A DNA stretch of 64,000 nt from assembly GCF_028641065.1 (NCBI RefSeq), contig NC_073401.1, positions 8,928,001 through 8,992,000 on the forward strand, read 5' to 3'. Shown here piece after piece: positions 36,528 to 48,883 of the stretch (the stretch's first letter is position 1; each line of letters opens with the position of its first letter). Source of the DNA: Leucoraja erinacea. Lineage: Eukaryota. Position numbers and translations under genes: made by a program. Under the pieces are notes generated by a model. The model worked only from the letters and a program-made list of their open reading frames with translations. It made no database searches and was not told the DNA's origin.

Positions 36528-39500
36528 TACAAAATGCATGAATCACTATAGCATACTTCCCACCCTGGACACAACCTGTTCCACCTGCTGCCCTCTGGCA
36601 GACGATACAGGTCTTTCAAAACTCGCACAAAGACTCAGAGACAGCTTCTACCCCATAGCCATACGTGAACTTAATAATGCAAAATAAGAAATAACACTCA
36701 CATTCAACTGAATGGCTCTACCTCAGCTGCTATTGTAATTTATCTGTAATTTTTTTTTTTTTTAATTATATGTATGTATTTTTACCTTATCTTATATATT
36801 TAAACTGCTCTTGTGAATCGCACCGTGGGATTGACTTTTAAATTTCGTTGTACCATGTGCAATGACAATAAAGAGATTCATTCATTCATTCATAAAGAGA
36901 GAGTACTAGATTTCTTAGTTGATAAATGTGTTCCTATTGGACATGGCAAAAGTACTGGATTTTGTTTTTTAATAAAGATTACTTTTTAATTCATGGAATA
37001 GTTGATACATTTGTCCCTATAGCATAAGGCAAGAGTGCTAGATTTTGCTTCTTAATAAAGATTACTTTTTACTCCAATATGTAGATTGTTCCAAATGATT
37101 TGAACATTTGCCTCACCAGCTTAACTTAAAAAGTGCATACCAGAAAGTAGGTGTTTCAATTAATCTATGCACGTTGAGAGGTTTGCAGGCAGCAAATTAT
37201 ATTAAATTATTTAATCACATTAAATTTATACTAATGTCAACTTCCTCCTCTCTGTGACAATTATTGGTGGCTGCTGCTGCAATAGAGAACATGATGTTGC
37301 AATGAACATTTAACACTACCTGAAGACACAAAAAAAACTTTTAAAAATGGGAACTGCACTGTGTTCAAATACTTCACACACTGGTGGAATATGCAATGGA
37401 AAAAAAAAACTAAATGATTCTTGCAATGCACTGGAGGTTTTGGTGAAAGAACTCAAAGGGAGGAGAGATCTTCCACCCACACAGATGAAATATCATCAGA
37501 AATGTGCACAGAAGTTTGTGGGAAGAAATTGTATGTTGATCGAAGTTCAATTCTGTGCAATTTAATAATCTCACACAAGTTGTCATGGTGGGTAATAACA
37601 AAGAACTGCAGATGCTGGTTTATACCAAAGACAGTCACAAAATGCTGGAGTACCTCAGCGGGTCAGGCAGCATCACTGAAGAATATAGATAGATGAATGA
37701 ACTGAAGGGTCCCAACCCAGAACATCAACCAGTCATGTTCTCTAGAGATTGTTCCTGACCTGTTGATTTACTCCAGCATTTTGTCTTTTTTTACGTCAAG
37801 GTTTAATTTAGTTTATTGTCACGTGCAGTGGCGGCACCTCGCGGCAGCAGCCTCTGCAGTCCGTCTGTTTTTTTTTCCTCTTTGTACTGTTAAGTGCGTG
37901 ATTTGGTTGTAGTTTATATATTATTTTTAGCTGTGTATATGTGGGGGGCCAGGGGGTGGGGGAAACATTTAAATCTCTTCCCTGTACGGGGACCCGACCT
38001 TTTCCCTGTCGGGTCTCCGTTGTCGTTGGGGCCGAGCACCGCGGAGCGGCCTCCAACCGGAATCAACCTGGGGCTCCAGTTGCAGAGTCTGCGGACTCAC
38101 CATCGCGGAACTGGCCGACTTCGGAGTGCGGAGCGTGTGATGGCGCGCGGCTGCGACCTGACTTCGGAGCTTCGGAGGCTCCGGCTGCAGGCCCTGTGGA
38201 CGGTAACATCGGGAGCTCGAGGGTCCCTGGTGGGAGACCGCTTTTCGGAGCTCCCACAACGGCAACATCTCCCGCCCGAATTGCGGGGTTAAAAACAACC
38301 TTACAGGGCCTTACATCGCCCAACGCGGCTAACGGCCGCGGGACTTGTCATCGCCCGCCAGGGGCTTTAACATCGGGAGAAGAATAAAGAACAGGGGAGA
38401 GACAAGACTCACAGTGAGATGTCTGGAGATTCATTGTGATGGATGTTTATGAAAATTGTGTTCATTGTGTGTCTTGGTTTTTTTTCTTGTTTGTATGACT
38501 GCAGAAACATAATTTCGTTTGAACTTGGGTTCAAATGATAATAGACGTTATTCTATTCTATTATTCTATTCTACCATGGTATGGTGAAAAGCTTTTGTAG
38601 CTTGCTCACCAGGTGGGTGACCATCTTCACATGACATAACATATGAACAGCATTAATACCGTAACTATTGCTCAACTCGCATCCCATTCAACCAATCTCA
38701 TATTTGTATCCTTTATCTCACCGTCACACATTTAATACTCCAGCAAGGCGCACAACCAAACCAACTGCTTGTACAGACTATCGTATGGATCAGTCTGAAG
38801 AAGGGTCTTGGCTCGAAATGTCATCCATTCCTCTCCAGAGATGCTGCCTGTATCGCTGAGTTACTCCAGCTTTCTGTGTCTCTGCACATATAGACTAATA
38901 GCTATGCAACTGTGGCAGTCACAACATCCAAAAAATGAATGATACCAATTGACTGAATTTACTGTACATTCCTTGCATAATGGGTGCATGACTGGAAGCA
39001 GCAGTGAGGGATTAGGAGAACAAGCCATCCGTGAAGATGATGGTGTCTGTCATGGAAAGGAGTACTGACATGAGTGTATCAGCTTATTTTTGTGTGCATT
39101 TCAGCATAATTATTAAATTTGCATTTTAAACTTGCAATTCTCTGTGCAATTCTGTGTTTTTCTTGACATCAATCTACCATCTCTGGAATATATTGGATGT
39201 TTATGTCCAAATTACCAGCTAAGATAGCACCTGCCACCTTATCTATCTGGGAATGGTTTTGATGTTTAGAAGGCCAGTTAGCATTTCAAAGGAATAGATG
39301 GTATACTTATTCTTTCCTCCAACAATTCGCAAGAATATAGAATAATACAGCATTCAAATAGGTCCTTCAACCTAGAATCTGAGCCGACCATCAAATATAT
39401 ATTTGTACTAATCTCTCATTCCCTTGTTTTATTGTCTCCACCAACTCTCCCATCCACTCACCTACATTCAGTTGGCAATTAACCATTTCACTGTTCTATT

Positions 39501-39673
39501 GCTCCATTCCATGGTCTGGAATACCCTCTAATCTAAAAAGTACATTGGATTACTCACAAAGCATATGCTTGCAATTTTCCAGTGAATGCTTATTTTCTTT
39601 TTCAGTCAGTCACACATCATCAATTCTGCAACAAGTATAACACGGAATTTAATCAGATTTTGCTGAACATTAC

Positions 39674-39969
39674 CTGTACTTGTTTTTTATGGGTGTTCTT
39701 CCAGACTTGAGAGGGATGGGAACCTGGCTGACATCTCCATTTGGCCTTGTCTGTGTACTTGGGCTCCACAATAATGGCCGTTGAGTAGCAGCTGGAGATG
39801 CAGAAACCCATGGTGGATCAAATTCGTAGATTGAACTCTGGACCTTGCTGGAATGACCAAATAAGGTTTCATCTACGTAGGAGGTCTTTGCTCCAACTCT
39901 GTAACGGCTGCGTCCCTTATGACTTGTACGACAGGCTTGAATAGCAGTAATTACTATGTCAGCTGACAT
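39674..39969 (-). CDS. RITA1: RITA1 first coding exon
   Basis: YRVGAKTSYVDETLFG, FDPPWV, KNKYR motifs; donor AG|GTAATG (phase 2); acceptor TCTTTAG| before 40032. Confidence 0.93.
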
Positions 39970-42900
39970 GATAGCAGCTCAGGGTGGACAGTTGCACATT
40001 GGACAGGTCTTTTCAAGTCTGGCAAAGTCACCCTAAAGACAAGAATGTACATGTGTTTTTTTTTTTAAAATGCAATACATTTTGTACACTTCATGGTGAT
40101 GCTCTGAAAATTGTTAATACATAATTATTTCAAACGTAGTTCTTATCCATGCCAATATTATCCAATTTATGAGGAACAATAAAATAGGATCTTCAAAGAA
40201 AAACCAAGTGCTGGTCGGAAAAAATAGAGTTAACATTTCAGGTCAAGGGCTCTTCATTACAATTGGAAAGAGTGCAAACAACCATGCTTTAATCAAGACA
40301 AGTGTGAGGTGCCGCTGTTTGGGTGGTCGTATGCAAGGGGAAAAATACAGAGTTAATGGCAAGACCTTGAACAGGATTGATGTACAGAAGGCTTTTAGGG
40401 ACCATAGTTCCCTGAAGCTGTCTACACTGGTAGATACAGTGATAAATGCGGTATGCTTGCCTTCATTAATTGATGAATTTAGTATTTTTGGCATGCTTTC
40501 AAGGAATTGAGGAAAAGCATCAGGAAGTCACGTTACAGCCTTATAAAACTTTGGTAGGCCTCATCTGAAGTATTATATGCAGTTCTGGTCACCCTGTTGT
40601 GGAAGATTTGCAGAGGGTGCAAAAGAGGTTTGTCAGAATGCTAATGGATTTGAGGATATTAGATAAAGAGGATTTCCTCCCACTTTACAACCACTACCAA
40701 CACCCAGTAGATCCTTCACTTCCTCCTCGTCTTGAACCTTCTATACCCATGGTTCTTTACTCCTCTGTTTCCCTATCTACATTTCTATCTTCCTTAGGTA
40801 CCTTCCCTATCTTTCCCATTCCTTTTCACCTCTAATCTATCTCCATTCATTGTGCCATCAAATTCAATTATTTCTCCTCCTTTAACTGTTAAAGGAGGAT
40901 AAATAATTGAATTTGATGGCATAATCATACGGTTGATAAGAAACGTGATCTGAGGCTACCAGAGTTCGTTAAATAGTCATTTAAAAAAGCATTTTACTGA
41001 AAAATAAGTTTACAAACAATATAATGTTTGACGGTTCAAAATAAGGGGTAAGTTGAACTTGCACTCTCTCTGCTGGAGATATGTGCAAATTGCAGGCATG
41101 ACTTTGTGACGGCAATGTTATGGAAAATTTGCATTAGAAGAAAAATAGTGATATAAAGAATCATCAAACATAATATACAATTGATGCGGATTAAGGTAGC
41201 AGGTTAGATGAGACCATGTATATTCTCAAAAGCCAAATCTGTATACTCCCTTTATTTTCTTTTATCATTTTTAATAAAAATTTACAGAGCATTTCTATAG
41301 CAATGAAGAGAATTCTAATTGCTACAGGATGTAATATTACATTATTTACAATTTTAACACTTATTTTTCAGCAGGTTGGTTAATTCCTGTGACAAAGTTA
41401 TCCAATTGCAGTAAAACTTTGCAAGATCTACGATTCACTCTATTTTCAAACTAACACAAGGTTGTTTCCTTAGTAAATGGAAAACCACCAACAAAACACT
41501 ATCATTTAATGACGATAAACCTTTAATATTGGCTTTTACAATTCACACAAGGCATTAAAATATTTAATAAATTTAACAAATGAACATTAAGCTAAACTGA
41601 ACAATGTATTGAGAAATTTAGAAGATATTTTTTAGTGTCTTGCTGTCCATTTTTTTAAATCAAGAAACTTAGATGCCTTGGTAAAGGTTCATTTTCTGTC
41701 TTTACGCTGAAGTGTATTATCCGCTCTCTATAGGCCGTCTGTAATTTGTGAGCATCTAACTGTTGGAACCAAAACAGGATTGTTTTGAGTATACATGTGA
41801 AATATTCTTTTTTTGCTCAACTGTAATTCTAAATTTCTGATATTATCAGGCACCAACCGGGCATAAGCCTCTCAAAAAAGTTTACATTTGGCAACCATAT
41901 CCAAAAATGAGATATAAAGCAAATACCATATGTCAAGGTCAAAGCCCAACTTCAAATTCATATATGGCAGTGTTTAGTGTCCACATTGGTTTTGTGGATT
42001 AACGAGATGAACATAGGAATCTTAAACATTCCACAGATGGGGAAGCTGGTGGCTATAGGGTCGATAGCTCGAGGCAATTTTCATATTTCCAATGTAGTGC
42101 CTGAAGGTTCCCAATGCCATCCCAAATATTCTTTCTCCAAATCGACCAGTAAAGGGCCAGTGATTATGAGGAGTCAGTGGCTTTGGACCTATCCCTGAAT
42201 ATTATCTCTGTCATCCTGATTAGCTCTTTCCACAAGAGCTCCATTTTGGTAGTCTGGTGTCAGGCATGTGAAAAATGTGGCTAACCAATTTAGCTGAATA
42301 AGTGTAACTAGACACTCAATAATGGTGATGTTGGTCTGAAAGGGAACATTGACATTGGTTTGTTTATCTTTCCAATTTATAACAATTGGTGTGTTGGTGG
42401 TATTTTTCAAAACTCTCAAGGATAAATATTTAATAAGAACACTGGGATACTTCCCTTCTCCGTGAGAAAGTAACATGGGGTTTTTGTATACACCCCAGGA
42501 AGCTAAAGGACGGTCAGACTAAAGAAACTGCATGAGACTTCAGTACTGCATTAAACTGTCAGAATACATATTGTGCTCAAGCCCATATGAACAAAGAGAA
42601 CCCCGTCAACCATCATATTCAAAATCTGTAAGGTTCCTACCTGGCCACATAACTCCAAAGATTACATGAAGAAACAAATTTAGTAAATGAAGGTCTAGTT
42701 TTCAAATGATTTCAATGCCAACCGTTGGTTAATGAATACCTAGAGACGGGAGAGAACCAGGATAAGTTTCAAATTGATGACTTTCCTTCAAAGAAAAGGG
42801 ATGTTGTTCCCTCTCTCTCCAGAGACTGCTTGAATCCTAAACATTACCAGCAGTTCTGCTATAACAAGCACCTAAAAAACCCACTATAGAAAATTGTGTT

Positions 42901-43783
42901 TAAAAACAATTGAGTCAATGGGAAAAGGGAGTAGTGCGTTTCTGACTCACTATAACCATTATTTTTCCTTCAGTATTTTCAATAAAGGTTTTTAAGCCTA
43001 TTTTTGTTGCAGATTAGTTTGGTTTTAGTTTAGTTGATTATTGTTCGTGCAAAGCTGTATGTTACATTAATTGACGCTATCAATTCACAAGTATCAATTG
43101 AAGAGATTGTCAATTTCATTGTCACGCATGTTTAAAGCAGTAGCGATAGACACAAAATGCTGGAGTAACGCAGCAAGACACCATCCCTGGAGAACGTGGA
43201 TAGGTAACTTTTCAGGTGGGGGCCCTTCTCATAAAGGATCAGTTCCGTTAAGAGACAACCATACTCCATAACTGGGGGTTGGTTACATGTCAAGGATTTT
43301 CTTCCAAAATATTTTTTTTTCTCCCAAGACATTGTTTTCCGGCTTGTCAATTTTCAAAGTGACTTTTAAGTAGTTCTCTTGTTCCCGATCGGAATTGCAT
43401 TGTAACTCATTCTGGAGATACAAGGGATTATAAATCAAGGCAGTGGAGAATGTGTAATTGTCATATAGAACAATGAAATTCTAACAGGTATTGCATGATG
43501 CTGGTATATCGAGTAAAGTACAAAGTGTTGGAGCAAATCAGCTGTGGAGAACATGGAGAGGCGACATTTCAGCTCGGGACACTTCTACATGCTGTCCGAT
43601 TCTACCCAGTCTTCTTATCGAGTCCACGTCACAAGATTAGAAATTGTTCAGCCAGAGGTGAACGCACTTCTCGGCATCTACATACAATGGCGTCTTGTGC
43701 TTCTTGTGTGTAGTGGTGGAAAGATTGGTGGAAACAGGGCCGCGACGTGAACGCTCTTTCCTTGACCGCATTCTACCCAGTAA

Positions 43784-43988
43784 AGGGCCTGTCCCACTTT
43801 CACGACCTCTTTTACTCGTGGACATTTTTCATCATGTTGAAAAATCACCCCGACCTACGTGATGCCACGAATAGCATCACAACCTACCTACGGCCTCCAA
43901 CAACCTCGTGACGACCATGCTGCGAGTATGAGTCAAGGGCAAACTCGGCAGACGTCGTGAATTAGGTCGTGAAAGTGGGGCAGGCCCT
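43784..43988. mobile_element. PIF/Harbinger MITE
   Basis: TIRs AGGGCCTGTCCCACTTTCACGACCT / AGGTCGTGAAAGTGGGGCAGGCCCT, with TAA on both sides. Confidence 0.85.
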
Positions 43989-44010
43989 TAATATGTAGGA
44001 AGGAACCTAA

Positions 44011-44224
44011 TGCCCCTGTCTCACTTAAGAAACCTGAACGGAAACCTCTGGAGACTTTGCGCCCCGCCCAATGTTTCCGTGCGGTTCCCGGAGGTTTTTG
44101 TCAGTCTCCCTACCTGTTTCCACTACCTGCAACCTCCGGCAACCACCTGCAACCTCCGGGAACCGCACGGAAACCTTCGGTGGGGCGCAAAGTCTCCAGA
44201 GGTTTCCTAAGTGGGACAGGGGCA
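44011..44224. mobile_element. Palindromic PIF/Harbinger-type MITE
   Basis: TGCCCCTGTCTCACTTA...TAAGTGGGACAGGGGCA termini with a long internal inverted repeat; TAA on the left, AAA on the right. Confidence 0.75.
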
Positions 44225-44370
44225 AAAGATGGACACAAAAAGCTGGCATAACTCAGCGAGTCAGACAGCATCTCTGGACCTATTACTTTTCTCGAGATAT
44301 TGTCCGTCCATTGAGTAACTCCGGCTTTTTGTGTCATCTGCCCCCAGTAAGTTGTCCCCAATGCTCGAGT

Positions 44371-44398
44371 CTGAAGAAGGGTCCCGACCTGAAACGTC
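44371..44398 (+). ncRNA. Minimal hammerhead ribozyme core in a Penelope terminal-repeat unit
   Basis: CTGAAGA-A-GGGT-CCCG-ACCT-GAAAC-GTC. Confidence 0.6.
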
Positions 44399-44469
44399 AC
44401 CTATCTATCCCGGTCCTAGTCCAAGAGACCTGCTGTACCCAGAGTAAAACTGCATTCGTGTCAGTGCAC

Positions 44470-45340
44470 CAGGAGTTAGTGGGCGGTCGGGGTCTCACCC
44501 GAGCACGGCAGGGTGATGGCGGAGGGTGAAGACGGCGCCACGACCCACGCGTCGAGTCATTCATTGTCCGTTTGGCGCCATCCTTCTGTCACTGCCCGCT
44601 GGGCTGGGCTGGGCTGGGCTGGGCTGGGCTGGGCCGGGCTGGGCCGGGGAGCAGCGCATCAACTTCATCTCCGGCCGCCGCCGCCGCCGCCCCGTCGCGA
44701 TGGCAGCAACACATCAAGGATCGGGACTAACCATCATCTTCTACCAAGGAAATAAAAGGGGTGCGCTCGTTCCCCTACATCACACAACAAACACAACCCA
44801 AAACTTTCTAACACGCTAAAATAATGACTAAATGGTAAAATTGTAATTCTGCAAGGCATTAAGCAAAATTCAACACGAGAAGCTTTTCTTATGAAAGTTG
44901 ATCGTGAGCCTGGTGCTATTCCTCCCCCGTCCCGTGGAGTGAGTGCTGTGGTCCAGTGACCTGTGACCCGTGACGTCGGGTCGGCAAGATGGCGGCGCCC
45001 AGCGCGTGGCGGTGGCGGTGGCGGTGACGGTGACGAGCGCGTGCGGCGGCGGCGGTTGATCGGATCCACGTCCAGCGGGAGTGATGGCGCAGAAGAAGAA
45101 GCAGAAGAAACAGAAGCAGCAGCAAAAACAACAACGTCCGCTCAAGTCCAGGCCCAGGAATGCGCGGCAACGCTCGCAGAAAAGCCGGTGGGACGTGGAG
45201 GTCGAGAGCGATGGCGGCGAGTTCGATTTGGTCCCTTCCATGGTGGACGATGCGCCGGTGGTGAACAAGGTGGGTGCCCGAGTCCTGACGGTTGAGACAT
45301 GGACGGGGGGTGTTGAGGGCCAGCGGGCGGCCTCCATTGT
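44470..45340. promoter_or_regulatory. CpG island / bidirectional promoter RITA1-DDX54
   Basis: CpG-dense; CRE TGACGT 44971, YY1 motif AAGATGGCGGC 44986-44996, (GGGCT)n and (GCC)n tracts; candidate RITA1 non-coding exon 1 donor CGG|GTGAGA at 44498(-). Confidence 0.75.
45084..45269 (+). CDS. DDX54: DEAD-box RNA helicase DDX54, exon 1
   Basis: MAQKKKQKK...ESDGGEFDL; donor AAG|GTGGGT, phase 0, in CpG island. Confidence 0.85.
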
Positions 45341-45820
45341 AATAAGATCCTGAAACTCAATTAGCCAGGTACATGGGTAGGAAAGAATTAGACGAATATG
45401 GGCCAAACGCAGGCAGGTGGGACTAGTTGGGGCACCTGGTCGGCATGGACAAGATCATCTTGAAGATGGGCCAAAGGGCCTGTTTCCGTGCTGTATGTCT
45501 ATTAACATCCAGCCCCCGTCATGGTGATGAGGGGTAGGGGGGAGGCTCCATAAAGAAGAGAGACATAAAAAGCTGGAGTAACTCAGTGGGACAGGCAGCA
45601 TCTCTGAAGAGTAGGAATGGGTGATGTTTGGGGTCGAGACCTTTCTTCAGACTGGTTAGGGATAAGGGGAACGAGAGTTATGGACGATGGTGTAGAGAGA
45701 TAAAGAACAATGAATGAGAGATGTGCTAAAAAAGTAACGATGATAAAGGAAACAGGTAATTGTTAGCGGCGGTAGACAGAAATGCTGGAGAAACTCAGTG
45801 GGTGAGGCAGCCTCTTTGGA

Positions 45821-47795
45821 CAGGGCTCGAAATTAGCAGTTGCCCAGGTGCCAATGACCACCCAAAGTGCCGCCGGGCAACCTTAATGCCGGCTTGGCAC
45901 TGCAGATACTGCATATAGGGTGATTTCACGAAAGGTCACTGGAGCGTAGATCCGCACCCACGTGACCGAAAATCTCAAGTGGAGGACATGCTAGACATCC
46001 GGTACATGTTAGTGGATGGGAAAACACGCACTTTCCCACCCGTTAAAAACATAGAAAACGGCCAGGTTTTGATCTGCAATTTATTGTGCTAGTCGGGGTG
46101 ACCGTGAGGCACAGCTACCTAGATTTACAGTAAAAAAAAGATAGAAACTAAGGTAAATTAAAGAGGGAGCTGAAGGTGCCAATCCAGCGGAAGTCAATAA
46201 TGCCTCACTTTTGATGAAATTCAGCGAGCAAACGCGATAATTCCCGATATTTTGGACCTTTAAATCTCCACGGCAAATGTCCGCTGTTCACTTCCGCTGG
46301 ATTGGCACCATTCATCCTGTACTGTTCCCCCATTCATCCTGCACTGATCACCCATTCATCCTGCACTGATTCTCCATTCATCCTGTAGCGATCCCCTCCC
46401 ATTCATCCTGTAGCAACCCCCCCCCCCATTCATCCTGTAGCGATCCCCCCATTCCTACAGCGATCCCCCCCCCCCCCCCATTCATCCTGTAATGATCCCT
46501 CCATTCATCCCGCACAGACCCTCCGATCCACACTGTACTGAGCCACCCCCCCATTCATCCTGTACTGATCCTCCCATTCAAACCGGTACTGATCCGCCCA
46601 TTCATCCTGCGCTGATCCCCCACCCCCCCCCCATTCATCCTGTACTGACCCCCCATTCAGAAGAATCAGTCTGAAGAAAGGTCTCGACCCGAAACGTTGC
46701 CTATTTCCTTCGCGCCATAGATGCTGCCTCTCCAGTATTTTTGTCTAACCCCCATTCATCCCATACTGATCCCCCCATCCATCCTGCATCTATCCTGCAC
46801 AGATCCCCCGCCATCCATTCTATACTGATCCCCCCCCATTCAACCCCTCTGACATCCCCCGCGCTCACCCCTCACAATTTTACCTACTCCAACACTCACT
46901 AATTAGCCTGCCCCAATCCATCCATTCTGCACCGATTGCCTTCTCAACCCCCACCCCATCTATCCATCCCGCAGTGATTCACCCCCCCCCCCCCCCCTCC
47001 CCCCCCCCCCCAACCCTACTCCGCTGGGAATGTCTTCAGAGCGAACATTGACTATGTTTGATACCGGAATGCAATCAAATGTGTTTTAATTCCCAATGTT
47101 GTTTTAATAAAGATTAAATTGTGAACTCATGCAACATTAAAACCGCAATGTTGGATTGCCACTGCTACTGTTGACACGTTATTACAGAATTCATTTTAAC
47201 TGCTATTATCATAAAATGCCTTTTAGAAATTTCCTTGCAACCTGTATAGTTTGTTGTGGATAAATTATGTGGGAAGCGAGAGTGTTTCTGTACCAATAGC
47301 AATAACGACCCATGCTATGGTCATGTCATGATAATTTTCGGTCCTTCACAGAAAGTATGCTTGCATCAATCTATAGTGTGCATGGTTAAGCATATATGTT
47401 ACCATAGTCCAGGATTTATTGACACAGGTTGATCATACGCTGAATAATCCAACCACATTTTTGTTTAGAAATGGAAAGAAATAATAGAAATTGCATTAAT
47501 TGCAATGTGTAAAAAGAGTTGAGATAGTGTATTATAATTTTGCTGCATGTCATTGTGGTATATATATCATGTCTTGATTGGTGAATATGTTTAGTTTGTG
47601 ACTTTATTTCAAGCAGAAATAATATGTGAATGCTTCATTGAGCATAATTCCGAATGGTAACTTCGTCCGAGCACATTATTGCACGCGTCATGCAAGCCAT
47701 CTTAAATGACCACCTAAACTGTCATTTGGCAACCTAAAAAGCTGTCAAGGATGTCCGGCTGGCAACAGGGGGTAAAAAGTTAAGTGAGAGCCCTG
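45821..47795 (+). mobile_element. hAT-like non-autonomous element, copy 2 (complete), with nested cargo
   Basis: TIR CAGGGCTC / GAGCCCTG; splits a Penelope unit with apparent 5-bp duplication TTGGA/ATGGA; contains a GGG/TA-type transposon fragment (45918-46310), a minisatellite and a Penelope unit. Confidence 0.8.
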
Positions 47796-47815
47796 ATGGA
47801 GCGAAGGAAATACGC

Positions 47816-47843
47816 AACGTTTCGGGCCGAAACCCTTCTTCAG
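47816..47843 (-). ncRNA. Minimal hammerhead ribozyme core (subfamily B)
   Basis: rc reads CTGAAGA-A-GGGT-TTCG-GCCC-GAAAC-GTT. Confidence 0.6.
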
Positions 47844-48356
47844 ACTGATCCATTGTTAGCTGTTTGTTAGGTGAAACGAGAAGAGTCCGTAACCGAAACG
47901 CATTCCCTCCTTAGACGCCACCATTTTGTGTGGGAAATGAAGTGGAAATTAAGTTATTTCACAAAAATATTACTTCCTGTTTCTAAACTTGCTTATTAAC
48001 ATTAAGGATTAAGACATTAAACAAAATTGCAAATATTCTGGAACTAATTTTATATTTGAGTTTTAATGCAGGTGGTTGTGTCAAGGGGCAGAAGGTATTA
48101 ATTACTAAGATATCTGCTTCAAATTTATGAATTGGCCGAAATGTTGTGTATTCTGTACTTTGTTTGTAATGTCCCCAATCAAACAATTGAGAAGATTTTA
48201 TCTTTCTTTATGCAGCAAGTATCCCCGATTGCCATTGTGCATGTGGGTTTATTTGGAAGATTATAGACTGGGCTTTCTGCACCGGATCCTTCACCAGATG
48301 TTTGTTTCTGTCTTGAATGCCATAAGATATTGATTCATTTGTATTTACTTCCACAG

Positions 48357-48483
48357 CACAACATCAAATCTTTACCAAGCTTTCCTTCAGCTGATTGCCC
48401 ATCTGATGTGGAACCTGACACCAGAGAGATGGTTCGGGAACAGAATAAAAAGAAGAAGAAGTCAGGAGGTTTCCAGTCTATGG
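48357..48483 (+). CDS. DDX54: DDX54 exon 2
   Basis: LPSFP...[28 protein letters not shown]; AG/GT boundaries. Confidence 0.95.
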
Positions 48484-48883
48484 GTATGGGAATTTTTACT
48501 TTGATTATTTGATACATTGAAACTAATGTTAATTATACTGTCTCTGTATGTAATTATACTGTCTCTATATGTATGTTTACAACTCAGTTGTAAAATGTGT
48601 ATAACATATTTCAAAAATGGTACTGCAGATGCTGGAAATGTGTAATGAAAACAGAAAAAGCTGGAAATATCCATCTGGTAATATCTAGAGAGCAAACAAA
48701 CATTAACATTTCAGGTTTTTCAATAAAAGTGAATGTAACTACAATCTTTAAATCAGGTTAGAGAGGGGAGAATAATTTGGCTAAGTTATATCAATATAAT
48801 TCAAGTGTTATTTTGAGCTAATACGTTTTGTTTTTAATGTTGTGTTGTACTTTGATTTTATAACATTAGTGATAAATAGTTTT

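Noticed and set aside
37808-38387. Cluster of GC-rich ORFs (also 8068-8876, 55850-56404)
   Set aside because: Interiors of CpG-rich non-autonomous elements; no protein motifs
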